From positions 26,362-90,361 of the forward strand of contig JAZROX010000045.1 in the NCBI GenBank assembly GCA_045648945.1: a DNA stretch of 64,000 nucleotides, read 5' to 3'. Origin of the DNA: Candidatus Enterousia sp. (lineage in GTDB: Bacteria; Pseudomonadota; Alphaproteobacteria; Rs-D84). A program made the translations under genes and the position numbers. Shown piece after piece: positions 38,922 through 48,840 of the stretch; the stretch's first letter is position 1, and every line of letters starts with the position of its first letter. The notes under the pieces were generated by a model. The model did not search any database. It was not told the origin of the DNA and saw only the letters and a list, made by a program, of their open reading frames with translations.

Positions 38922-39090
38922 CCGCCAGTAAAATCGGGCATCCCGTGGTAATCCCACGGGATGTTCTTTTTTGCCCGATTTTCCGCAGTTTTTGGCTATG
39001 ATATTACCAGTGTATATCATCATCCGCGCCCAAACCGCCAAAATTCACCACAACCATATACCTTGCCCAATTTCCCGATGCCAGTTTTCC
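38922..39090. repeat. Direct repeat copy 2 of the tRNA-Ser 3'-end/downstream segment
   Basis: See 33290-33455. Includes a second copy of the terminator hairpin catcccgtggtaatcccacgggatg and its T-tract. Confidence 0.75.
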
Positions 39091-39145
39091 CTTGAATGGC
39101 CGCGTTTTTCTGTTAATATCGTAACCGATAAACAAAGGATTTTAC

Positions 39146-40162
39146 ATGGTTGATGCGAATTTAAAAACAGAAGCAAAATTGACGTTGCCAGAGAGGGTTG
39201 ATAATAACCTGGGTTATTCAATCAAAGTTTTGTCTGAAGGAGTAGCGTCTTTACTTAAACTTCCAGAGAAAGTTGTTGATACAGTCGTAATATCTGGTGC
39301 CACCTTGTTTAAACCATTGGTCGCATATTTTAACGGTAAGGCTACTATTATAAGTGCACGGAGTTTTGTGGAAACCCAAAATATTCGTAAAGAATTGAGT
39401 CAGTGTCAATTGGCAATCAATGTTGCAAAAAACTTGGCAATTAAACATCAATCTGGTCAAGAAATCCCGAAAGGAATTGTTGATACAGACACTTTATTTG
39501 CTATACAAAACGCAGCAGCAGAAACAACGGATAAAGATTTTTTGGAATTTTGGGCACACTTGTATACAGAAGAAGCATGCAAACCTAATACGATAAGCAA
39601 AAAAACTGTTGAATTATGTAAAGTATTAGATAAACAAGTTGCAGAAATTTTAGAAAAAAAGATATTCCCATACTGTGCTAGCGGATTCTTTTTTGCGGCC
39701 AGAGAATTTAGTGTTTATGAAGTTTCTAAAGCCGAAGATTATGGTTTCCTAACACAAAAGGATATTTTATTAAATCCAAAAGCTCCTAATGATAATGTAA
39801 TATTACAATTTGGTCAGTATACAGTTGTATGTAGAATTGGTTTCAGTGTTTTGCCATCACATCCAAATTTTTCATTATCTATGTCTGGAGAAGAAATACG
39901 AAATATAATTATTAATAAAGGTATGAATATTGACTTTGATATATTGATAAATTGTTTAAAAGAAGCTTCAAAAAATTGGCAATTATCTGATAAATTTAAA
40001 GACCATATTGTTAAATTTGTGCCAGGAAAACAAATTGATACAAATTTTATTGTTGTTCAAAATGATAAAATCATTTACCCGGAGAGTTGGCAGAATAAAT
40101 CTGTACGGGATTATAATAATGCATGTTTAGAAACGTTAGATATCAAATTAATACCAGCTTAA
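39146..40162 (+). CDS. Hypothetical protein (AT-rich segment beyond second repeat)
   Basis: 338-aa ORF. No motif recognised. Confidence 0.4.
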   Translation: MVDANLKTEAKLTLPERVDNNLGYSIKVLSEGVASLLKLPEKVVDTVVISGATLFKPLVAYFNGKATIISARSFVETQNIRKELSQCQLAINVAKNLAIKHQSGQEIPKGIVDTDTLFAIQNAAAETTDKDFLEFWAHLYTEEACKPNTISKKTVELCKVLDKQVAEILEKKIFPYCASGFFFAAREFSVYEVSKAEDYGFLTQKDILLNPKAPNDNVILQFGQYTVVCRIGFSVLPSHPNFSLSMSGEEIRNIIINKGMNIDFDILINCLKEASKNWQLSDKFKDHIVKFVPGKQIDTNFIVVQNDKIIYPESWQNKSVRDYNNACLETLDIKLIPA

Positions 40163-40785
40163 TATAATTGATTTTCTCCAGCAATTGTGAACAAATCATT
40201 AACGTTGATTTTTAATTTTCCAGACAAGATTTCATTGATTTTGTCTGGGTTCATGTATGCGATGTCCAAATAACGATAAAACTGGCGCGGGGACGTGTGC
40301 AGATTGCGGATGATATTATCAACCCCACCATCGCGTTCATATAATTCTCGATACTTCCATGCGGTGGCAAAGGCTTTTAGAATCAGATGGTTGTTGTCGG
40401 TGACATTTAATATACCGTTTTTACCACGGTCGTATACCGTGTTGACGTATTTGCGTAAGAATACTTTTTCAGTAATTGTTATGCTGTTGTCGCCAATTAT
40501 GTATTCCATTTTATCCGCATTTTGGTTTACATAATGTTCAGATACAAATTGTTGCAATTTTGCGGAATCGGTCGTAATTGTATAAATCAGCTGTTCCTGC
40601 GAACACACAACTTTTTCAATCAGAGATTGAATTAAATTGCGTTTTTCTGCGAAATTCATGTTTGCAATATCTATGTGTTTTAATGTAGTGGCCAGGTTTA
40701 TGGGCAGATTCGACATATCACTGTTCAGAAAATCTGTTATCGTTTTTATAACAATTTCATCTACTACGCTAAGCATGCCAAACAA
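40159..40785 (-). CDS. Hypothetical protein
   Basis: 208-aa ORF. No motif recognised. Confidence 0.35.
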   Translation of the reverse strand: MFGMLSVVDEIVIKTITDFLNSDMSNLPINLATTLKHIDIANMNFAEKRNLIQSLIEKVVCSQEQLIYTITTDSAKLQQFVSEHYVNQNADKMEYIIGDNSITITEKVFLRKYVNTVYDRGKNGILNVTDNNHLILKAFATAWKYRELYERDGGVDNIIRNLHTSPRQFYRYLDIAYMNPDKINEILSGKLKINVNDLFTIAGENQLY

Positions 40786-40823
40786 CCTTTTTATGACTTG
40801 TAATTATCAGATTGACATATTTT

Positions 40824-41603
40824 TTATTCTCTGCCTTTGCCTAGATTTATGTGCTGTTGTTCCGACTTCATGAGTTTATATGTCTTTGCACCAGGCTTTG
40901 ATATGATTTCGGTCATCGTTTGATTGTTTTTATCATCTGTTTGAACCATAATTGCGGCCCCTTCATCAACAGCGTATCCCCATTTGTTTTCTTTGGTTAG
41001 CATCTTCCTTATAGAATTTCTGGACACAGAACCTTCAACATCTTTGTTTTCAGATTTAGTATTCCAATGTGGAACGAAATATCCACGAACCAACCCCAAT
41101 GCTGGTTTTGTTTTGAGTGTTTCAAGATTGCCGCTGTCAAAATCATCATCTTCATCGTTGCCATAATACTCAAACCAAGCACATCCACCGGCACTATTAC
41201 CCGCCATAATTATCCCTTGGTCGTATGCTTGACGTAATAGCTTATCAACCCCCGTATCACTCAACACTTTCATGAGATACGTGACATTGCCACCACCAAC
41301 ATAGATAATATCTGCCCCTAAAATAATCTTTTTAAGATCATCTGCATTTGGTCTTTTGGAAGCGTCAATCAAATTCAAATTTTCTACAACACATCCAAAT
41401 TGTTCAGTAAAATACTTTTCGATTGCCAAGAAACGAGATAAATCATCACCATGTGCAGCACCAATAAATACCAGTTTTGGGTGCTGTTTGCCGGTAAGTT
41501 CTACCATTTTTTTATCAATCTCGAATGTTTCCATCGGCTTTTGTATTCCATTCTTCATCTGACCAAACGAACCACCACCGATTGCAATAACGGTTTTTGT
41601 CAT
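40824..41603 (-). CDS. Peptidase S51 family (cyanophycinase/peptidase E-like), second copy
   Basis: GGGNVTYLM and AGNSAGGCAW motifs. 259 aa. Confidence 0.55.
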   Translation of the reverse strand: MTKTVIAIGGGSFGQMKNGIQKPMETFEIDKKMVELTGKQHPKLVFIGAAHGDDLSRFLAIEKYFTEQFGCVVENLNLIDASKRPNADDLKKIILGADIIYVGGGNVTYLMKVLSDTGVDKLLRQAYDQGIIMAGNSAGGCAWFEYYGNDEDDDFDSGNLETLKTKPALGLVRGYFVPHWNTKSENKDVEGSVSRNSIRKMLTKENKWGYAVDEGAAIMVQTDDKNNQTMTEIISKPGAKTYKLMKSEQQHINLGKGRE

Positions 41604-41700
41604 TTTGTATTTCCTTGTTTAATTTTATGGTAATTATAACATATCCCCCTGTAAATTGCTACATTTTTGTGGTATAGTTATTGAAACAAAAGGATAAAAA

Positions 41701-42270
41701 ATGTCTGAATTTGTAAAACCAGAAGAAATAATTGTTGATAATTTTGTGTTGCGACCGATCCCGGCGACAAAGGAATATGCACAAATGATATATGATATCT
41801 TTGTTGCGGACACTGAGACCTTTCGGCACTGGTTTCATGGTGGTATGTGGAAATCTGCGGATGAAGTCCTGGCATATTATCAAAACAAAGCAAAAAATGA
41901 TGAACCTAGATGGAAGTACGCCATGTACGGTATATTCAAAGACGGTGAATTGTTGGGTGAAATCGGTCTAAGCGGCATTGACACCCGGAACCAAACCGGC
42001 CAAATCGGATATTGGTTGAAAAAATCTGCACGTGGTGCCGGGATTGTTGATAAATTGATCCCAGCTATCGAAAAATTGGGCTTTGAAACCCTGAATTTGC
42101 GTAAGATTGATATATCATGCGACACCGATAATATTGCATCTCGCAGGCACGCCGAGAAAAATGGCTATGTGCTTGAGGGGGTAAACCGAGAAAGAGATCT
42201 GTGGCGCGACGGTTCCATCCACAGCACATCCATGTTCGGCAAATTGAAATCTGAATGGAATAATAAATAG
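41701..42270 (+). CDS. GNAT N-acetyltransferase (RimJ/RimL-like)
   Basis: 189 aa with an acetyl-CoA-binding motif region RGAGIVDKLI. Confidence 0.6.
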   Translation: MSEFVKPEEIIVDNFVLRPIPATKEYAQMIYDIFVADTETFRHWFHGGMWKSADEVLAYYQNKAKNDEPRWKYAMYGIFKDGELLGEIGLSGIDTRNQTGQIGYWLKKSARGAGIVDKLIPAIEKLGFETLNLRKIDISCDTDNIASRRHAEKNGYVLEGVNRERDLWRDGSIHSTSMFGKLKSEWNNK

Positions 42271-42395
42271 CCTTGCCCCGTTTTTATATAAATCAGGGCT
42301 GTCACATGGCCCTGAATATTTTTTATCTACCCGCTTGACAAACATATTTTTTAGTGTTATATATACCACCAGACAATAACCAAAAGGGGTCTGTA

Positions 42396-43250
42396 ATGAG
42401 AAAGAGTCTGAATCAAGAATTAAGAGAAGCGTTTGTTGCTAATGATGCAGAACGCGTAAAATCTTTGTTGGCCGCTGGTGCTGATAAGAATCGCCGTGTA
42501 AGAAATGAATATCTGTTATGTAATTGCAGTCACAACGAGACAGAAGAAAATATTAAAGTTACAAAAATGCTGCTTGATAATGGTGCAAACCCTAACTGGG
42601 TTGATCCGGATCCGAGTTGGTATGAAACTCCATTGATGGAAAGTTTGTACTATTTTAACTTTAATCTGGCGCAATTATTGATTGATAACGGTGCCAAGGT
42701 TAACATGCACAGCAGTGGTGACACGCCGTTGACATGGTTTGCCGGCCGAACCGATGATGGTCATTTGGCAACTATTAAATTCTTGCATAAAAACGGTGCA
42801 AACCTTGATGCCAAGAATTATAAAGGCCAAACAGCCCTTATGAGAGTTGCTGGATTTGACACTATCATTTCTGCTGATTTGTTTTGCGATAAAACCGATT
42901 GGCTTATTGAACCGATTGAATATTTGTTATCGAAAGGTGCGAAAGTCAACCTGCGTGATAAGGAAGGCAAAACCGCATTGCTGCATTCGTTGGGTCAAGA
43001 TTGGAACAAATATTACAGTTGGAACAATGAAACGGCACTTCAATACAAAGACAACTTTTCGGCGACTTTCTATTATGAAATTCCAACGATATTGTTGTCA
43101 AACGGTGCGCATGTAGGCATAAAAGATAAATCTGGTAAGAATGCCATGAATTATGCGGCGGCGGATGAAGAAAAAATGGACTTGTTCGCACGTGCAATCG
43201 ATGATTCAAACAAATTCTTGCACAGAAAAATCGTTGTTATGTCCAGATAA
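42396..43250 (+). CDS. Ankyrin-repeat protein
   Basis: At least five ANK repeats (LLAAGADKN, LLDNGANPN, LIDNGAKVN, LHKNGANLDAKNYKGQTALM, LLSKGAKVNLRDKEGKTALLH). ATG at 42396 preferred over the track start. Confidence 0.75.
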   Translation: MRKSLNQELREAFVANDAERVKSLLAAGADKNRRVRNEYLLCNCSHNETEENIKVTKMLLDNGANPNWVDPDPSWYETPLMESLYYFNFNLAQLLIDNGAKVNMHSSGDTPLTWFAGRTDDGHLATIKFLHKNGANLDAKNYKGQTALMRVAGFDTIISADLFCDKTDWLIEPIEYLLSKGAKVNLRDKEGKTALLHSLGQDWNKYYSWNNETALQYKDNFSATFYYEIPTILLSNGAHVGIKDKSGKNAMNYAAADEEKMDLFARAIDDSNKFLHRKIVVMSR

Positions 43251-43277
43251 AAAGACAATAACCAAAAGGTATAAAAA

Positions 43278-44105
43278 ATGAAAAAACGTTTTCCAGGGGT
43301 CAACCCCAAAGAAATCGCCAAACAAGAGGTTGCAAACGCAACTGGCATCAGCAGAAGCACCTTTATGGATGAAAAAGGTATTCCTTCAGCCGGTGATTTG
43401 CACCCTGTTTATGTCAAACCGTACAGTAAACCGAAGTTTGATTTAAAAACATGGCTGTTGACGAATTTAAAGGTAAATTTGTTTGCACCGATTTTTTGGG
43501 CTGTGATCTTTGGTGGTATAAACGAGTATGACCACCCGATACGTGCGATGTTTTATAACGTTTATAACCCAAAACCAAAAGCACAGTCGGAAAAAAGCCC
43601 GGTGCTGGGAATTGAAACGAAAAACAAGCCGTTTTTCTGGGTCAATTTGTCGTTTGCATTATCATATATGCTTCTAACTGCTGGCATCTTAATGCGTCAT
43701 TACCGCAAAGATAAACGTAGCGAGACAGCAAGATTTGCAAATGAAAATGCAACAGTTGACATGATGTTGGCGATTAAATCCATAAAAGAAGCCGGTAAAA
43801 AAGTCAACTTGAACGTAACGGATGAAACCGCCAAGAAACTGATCGAGGTATGTCCGCATATTATATCACGCATGTCTGCCGATGAACGTGTCTATTTTGA
43901 TATGCTGATTGACGGTGATATTGAAAGCAAGAACGAGGAAATGTTCAAAAACTTTGCTCTTGCGGTTATGGATGGACACTTGCGTTCAAATCCGGAAGAT
44001 TTGCAGATGGTTTTGGATGCCTTTGATGAAACATCCATCGCATTATTGCTGTCAGATATGTACAGACAAAATCTGTTATCTCAGCAAAAGCAAAAAAATA
44101 AATAA
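43278..44105 (+). CDS. Hypothetical membrane protein
   Basis: 275 aa with two central hydrophobic helices. Terminator hairpin at 44108-44136. Confidence 0.45.
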   Translation: MKKRFPGVNPKEIAKQEVANATGISRSTFMDEKGIPSAGDLHPVYVKPYSKPKFDLKTWLLTNLKVNLFAPIFWAVIFGGINEYDHPIRAMFYNVYNPKPKAQSEKSPVLGIETKNKPFFWVNLSFALSYMLLTAGILMRHYRKDKRSETARFANENATVDMMLAIKSIKEAGKKVNLNVTDETAKKLIEVCPHIISRMSADERVYFDMLIDGDIESKNEEMFKNFALAVMDGHLRSNPEDLQMVLDAFDETSIALLLSDMYRQNLLSQQKQKNK

Positions 44106-44133
44106 TAAAAGGCCCTCGTTTGAGGGTCTTTTT

Positions 44134-44688
44134 TTAATCTGTTTCTTTACGTTTTTCATAAATCAGAGAATCGCATTTGCCGACACATTTGGCCCATGAT
44201 GCCATTGGCAAGCGTTTGACCAATGTATACCCGTTGCGTTTGGCGACATTTTCAGACATTGTGTTCCCATCGTCTATGTCCAGCGTGATTTTATCAAAAC
44301 CAAATGCAAATAATTCGCTTTCCAGTGCAGTTAATGCCTCACTCATATAACCATGCCCATTTTCCTTTTTAACCAGCCAGTAACCGATTTCACAGCCATT
44401 ATCGTGGATATCAAAGAACCGGATCCGTCCGATAATGTTATCATTCTGGTAAATATAAAAACACACACCTTGATTTGTTTTGATTTGATTTGCCCGTTTA
44501 TTTAAGTATGCCACCACATCTTCAACGGTGTTTAGTTCGCCAAAGTGCCCCTGCCATTCCATAAAATAATCACGATTTTGATCAATAATACTCAAAAGCT
44601 TTGTTGCGTTTTCTGCTGTGGGCGCAACCACACGCAACACCAATCTTGGTGTCTTGATCTCGGTTGGAAATTGCGATAATGCTTTCAT
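44134..44688 (-). CDS. GNAT N-acetyltransferase (RimL-like)
   Basis: 184 aa with a GNAT core. Confidence 0.6.
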   Translation of the reverse strand: MKALSQFPTEIKTPRLVLRVVAPTAENATKLLSIIDQNRDYFMEWQGHFGELNTVEDVVAYLNKRANQIKTNQGVCFYIYQNDNIIGRIRFFDIHDNGCEIGYWLVKKENGHGYMSEALTALESELFAFGFDKITLDIDDGNTMSENVAKRNGYTLVKRLPMASWAKCVGKCDSLIYEKRKETD

Positions 44689-44740
44689 TTGTCTTCCCTG
44701 CCATGCACAAAACTATTAACTATATTTGTACATCTATTGA

Positions 44741-45652
44741 TTACTTGCGTTCTTTGCTTTTATTTATAGTATTTTTCTCAAACCATTTTATGTAATCGGA
44801 CATGGTCCATTCCTGTTCTATTTTATCATGCAGTTTACTTATCATTAAATACTTATGATTTGTACTAAAAGTATACAATTCCCCGTTTATATTTAATAAT
44901 AGTACTCTATAATCTCCATCTTGAGGTTTGATAACTTTTATCGGCAATTTGGAATCTTGCATTAATTTACAGAAATTATATACATTACCGGGTCCATTTG
45001 AATTTATTTGTTTTAATACCGTTTCTATTGCCGCAACAATTGTTTTTGTCTTTCTGTCGCGCTTTGATCCATATTTCAGAAAAGTTCCAAAATCAGAACA
45101 CTTTTTCTCATATTCTGGCCATGACATAACCGCTGTTATTTCGTATGGTATGCCAGCCATACGTTCTTTTATGTGATGTATCTTATTGCCAACTTTTATT
45201 TCATCCATAATGAAAGGGATATCTGGATAAAGTGGATGACATGATCGGTGTTCAACTATATTTCTCTGCGGTTCGATGGCATACCATTTACCATCGCCCA
45301 TTTTCACACATGGTAAAGTATGGTTAGCTTTACTATCTATCAAATGGTCTGGATGCGTGCTTATCATAATCTTAACTTCTAATTGCTCGTTTTTTGGCAG
45401 TGTTGAATTTAGATAACAAAATGTTTTGGCTTCGGTTCCGCACGACCATTGATAACCGCTTTCATAAATATCTTTGCCGCTTATTGCAAAAAAACGTTCG
45501 AAATCTGTAGATTTTTCGGTTATACCTGGGTAATTCTTGGTTCTGTTGATAAGTATATCAGCTTTATCACCCGCGTCTCGATGTTCTGGGTGCCGTTGTT
45601 TTTGCAATATAGCTTTAATCGAATTTATTCTTTGTTCGTCTGTCATAGTCAT
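44741..45652 (-). CDS. Hypothetical protein with possible transglutaminase/papain-like Cys-His core
   Basis: YQWSCGTEAKTFCYL resembles the catalytic-Cys region of transglutaminase-like proteases. Downstream His/Asp candidates. 303 aa. Confidence 0.35.
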   Translation of the reverse strand: MTMTDEQRINSIKAILQKQRHPEHRDAGDKADILINRTKNYPGITEKSTDFERFFAISGKDIYESGYQWSCGTEAKTFCYLNSTLPKNEQLEVKIMISTHPDHLIDSKANHTLPCVKMGDGKWYAIEPQRNIVEHRSCHPLYPDIPFIMDEIKVGNKIHHIKERMAGIPYEITAVMSWPEYEKKCSDFGTFLKYGSKRDRKTKTIVAAIETVLKQINSNGPGNVYNFCKLMQDSKLPIKVIKPQDGDYRVLLLNINGELYTFSTNHKYLMISKLHDKIEQEWTMSDYIKWFEKNTINKSKERK

Positions 45653-45668
45653 AATTATACCATATTTT

Positions 45669-47057
45669 TTAGTTAATTATTATCTGTTTGTCTACATTTA
45701 TATTTTTTGCAAACATTTCATCATGCGACACCAACAATATCGCACCACGATATTGATTCAATGCGTCTTCCAGTATCGCAATACTTTTGATTTCAAGGTT
45801 GTTAGTCGGTTCGTCCAGAATCAGCAAGTCAGGCTGATTTTCGCCGCCCAGTATTGCCGCCAATGTCGCCTTTAATAATTCCCCACCCGACAAAACACAT
45901 GCGCGTTTATTTGACGCGTCCCCGCGGAAACCAAAGTTCGCCGCAATCGCATGTGCATCGTGTTTCAAAACGCCAGAGATATCCATTATATTTTCAACAA
46001 TGGTTTTATCCCTGTCCAGCACCGATAAATCTTGATTCAAATACGCAATTTTACCAAATGTTTTAACTGTGCCGGATTCTGGTTTCAAATCACCACAAAT
46101 GATTTTAAGTAAAGTGGATTTGCCCGAACCATTTTTGCCGGTTATACGAATGCGTTGCCCACCGTACATAGAAAAATCAAACCCGTTAAAGATGCGCCGG
46201 TTGCCATATCCAAAACCCAGGTTCGATATTTGAATCAGTTCTTTGCTGTAAAACGGCTTGCTGGGCAACGGAATTTTGATTTTATCATCCACCATTTGTG
46301 CCGATAATTCCGCCTGCAAATTCATTTGTGTATCCAGTTTCTTTTGAATTATTGCACGCTTTTTTGCTTCGGTCTCAATGCTTTTCCCTTTAAGGGCATT
46401 TGCATCAATACGGCTGCGGCGTGCATTGGCGATTTCTTTCTTTTGCTTTGCCTCGTGATGTTGCCGCGTATTCTGGGCTATGTTGATAGTCTCGGTCAAA
46501 CGGCCAATTTCTTTTTTGGTATTCACATATTTGGAATATATGGTTTCTTGCTCGGCGCGTTTTTGTGCAACATAGAAATCATAGTTTCCGCCATAGACTT
46601 TGATTTTGCCGTTTGCTATTTCAATAATTTTATCCATTTTCTGCAATAATTCCCGGTCATGGGATACAATTACCGTCCCGAATGGGTAAGACATCAAATC
46701 ATTGAAAAATCGTTGTTTGGCATCACTGTCCAGGTTATTTGTCGGCTCGTCCAGCAACAGTATCGCCGCACCGCTGTTAAATGCACGACGCAGTTCGGCA
46801 CTTTGCCGTTCACCGCCACTTTTGGAATCCAATGCGTTTATTTGATTCAGCATGTAAACGGACGCATTTCGTGCAACATTGCCAGCGTCCGGCACGATAT
46901 CACCGGCCAACAATTTCAACAGTGTTGTTTTGCCGGAACCATTGTCGCCAACAATCGCGACCCGGTCTGAATCAGAAAATGCAACAGACACACCATCCAA
47001 AATCGGATTTAATGAATCATAAGAAAAAGATACTTTTGATAAAGAAATTACGAACAT
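45669..47057 (-). CDS. ABC-F family ATPase (tandem ABC domains, no TMD)
   Basis: Two Walker A motifs (GDNGSGKTTLLK, GKNGSGKSTLLK), two LSGGE signatures, and an interdomain linker rich in K/E/Q. 462 aa. Confidence 0.75.
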   Translation of the reverse strand: MFVISLSKVSFSYDSLNPILDGVSVAFSDSDRVAIVGDNGSGKTTLLKLLAGDIVPDAGNVARNASVYMLNQINALDSKSGGERQSAELRRAFNSGAAILLLDEPTNNLDSDAKQRFFNDLMSYPFGTVIVSHDRELLQKMDKIIEIANGKIKVYGGNYDFYVAQKRAEQETIYSKYVNTKKEIGRLTETINIAQNTRQHHEAKQKKEIANARRSRIDANALKGKSIETEAKKRAIIQKKLDTQMNLQAELSAQMVDDKIKIPLPSKPFYSKELIQISNLGFGYGNRRIFNGFDFSMYGGQRIRITGKNGSGKSTLLKIICGDLKPESGTVKTFGKIAYLNQDLSVLDRDKTIVENIMDISGVLKHDAHAIAANFGFRGDASNKRACVLSGGELLKATLAAILGGENQPDLLILDEPTNNLEIKSIAILEDALNQYRGAILLVSHDEMFAKNINVDKQIIIN

Positions 47058-47280
47058 GATAAAAACCTTTTAATATTGTAACCAACGGGCGCATATTTCT
47101 ATGCACAGTTTATTCAGATAAGAATTACAATATTACATACGCATCGGTTTTTATCCTTTTGTTTCAAGGGAATTCTAGCATATTGAGCCCAAAAGTCAAA
47201 TTTTATTTTTGTGCAATATGTTTGTTGACCTGGTATGTTTTGTGGTACAATGGCTCTATAATCATAACAGAGGGGTTATC

Positions 47281-48420
47281 ATGGTCAAAATACCAACAAT
47301 TAAAGAAATGGAAGATTTTTTGCTAAGGGATTCCAAGACAAGTGATTTAGTTGCGGCTGGCGATACAAAGGCGAAATCCCCAGATACAATACTTACCGCA
47401 AGACAAGTCCGGCACGCGGTATCTGTATTCGCGCGTGTGCTGATAAATGTGTATTGCGGGTGGCCTTTTCACAATGAAATACTGAAACGAAAAATTCTTC
47501 GGATATTGACAGATATTTATAACGATGCGCATGAGATTACATCGCTGGAATTACTGGAACAATTAAGACCATGTATTGAAATTATACCAGATAATCATAT
47601 AAGTCTTCGAATGGTTGGGTATGATAAGGGAGTGCGTACAGGATTGCGCAAACAACGACCAAATGTTGGTTCCAATGTTGCAGGTGCCGAGAAGTTTATT
47701 GTCGAGTTAAAAAAAGGTATCGGTATCATTGGTGTTCGAACATTATCAAAATGGTCCGCAGAAGAACAAGAAAGTTTCGAGCAACAATGGCGAATAATTT
47801 TGCCAAAGGCAAAAACCTTGATAGTTGATTTACGAAATAATGGTGGTGGCGACAGTACCCCAACAGATATTTTAGCATCACATATACTGGGGCAAGAGTA
47901 TCCAACAGCACGCCGAGAATTTATCCGTAATAATCCAGATGCAAACGCAGTCAAAAACCTCTACAAACGACCCGACATCGAGAAGTTTAAAGTAGATTCA
48001 ATTGAAGACCCCGTAATTTTTGAAGATAATACTAAAAAACCGTTGCCGAAATTCAACGCCGAAAAGGCGGGATTTAGTGGACCGATATATATTTTGATAA
48101 ACGGTGGTGTAATGTCGTCTGGCGAAATGTTTTGTACCAGTATTCGCAATTATCCAAACGCAAAATTTATTGGTGTAAACACGCGTGGGGGCGAAGTTTA
48201 CGGATATAACTATGCGCACCTCTTACTGCCGCACACCAATATAAAATTCAATGTTGGTTGTGTGTATCGTGAACTGTTTGTTAAGAACATTGAATTGAAC
48301 GGATACAAACCAGATATTGAATGCGAAGATGGGACAGATGCAATGGATGTAGCACTCACGCAGATTGATTGTAGCAATATCAAAAAGCCTTTGACGCGCA
48401 ATAATAGTTTAGAAAAATGA
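47281..48420 (+). CDS. S41-family C-terminal processing peptidase-like protein
   Basis: LIVDLRNNGGGDS motif (S41 signature LxxDLRxNxGG). ATG at 47281 chosen. Confidence 0.55.
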   Translation: MVKIPTIKEMEDFLLRDSKTSDLVAAGDTKAKSPDTILTARQVRHAVSVFARVLINVYCGWPFHNEILKRKILRILTDIYNDAHEITSLELLEQLRPCIEIIPDNHISLRMVGYDKGVRTGLRKQRPNVGSNVAGAEKFIVELKKGIGIIGVRTLSKWSAEEQESFEQQWRIILPKAKTLIVDLRNNGGGDSTPTDILASHILGQEYPTARREFIRNNPDANAVKNLYKRPDIEKFKVDSIEDPVIFEDNTKKPLPKFNAEKAGFSGPIYILINGGVMSSGEMFCTSIRNYPNAKFIGVNTRGGEVYGYNYAHLLLPHTNIKFNVGCVYRELFVKNIELNGYKPDIECEDGTDAMDVALTQIDCSNIKKPLTRNNSLEK

Positions 48421-48453
48421 CATCATAAAACAACCGCTAAATTGGCGGTTATT

Positions 48454-48840
48454 TTATATTTGATGTTGGTCATCTGGTTTGGTACTGTTTTCTATATCCT
48501 GCACCGCACTCATTGCACCAACCACTTTTGTCCCTTCAAGCAATGATTGCCGTGTCACCCGCCGTTTCTGTGTAAATCCAGCTTTATCTGCAAACATGAC
48601 CGTTTTGCCATAGCCAGTTGGCAATTTAAAATAACTGTGTGCTATTTGTTCGTCTGTAAATTTGTCGGACACAAGTTCACGAAAAACCTCAAGTTTTTGC
48701 TTGTCACGCCACGTGGGCCAGGCATCTGCATCGGCTATCTGCCTAGCAAGACCCGCACGTAAAAGTTCTACATCTGTTGTATCCATATTTAGACCCACCT
48801 TATGGCTTGTATTGTACCATAAAAAATTGATATGTACCAT
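48454..48840 (-). pseudogene. Remnant of a helicase/type III restriction-like N-terminus (Q-motif plus motif I only)
   Basis: EQIAHSYFKLPTGYGKTVMF (Walker A-like PTGxGKT) with no downstream helicase motifs. 128-aa ORF. Confidence 0.3.
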
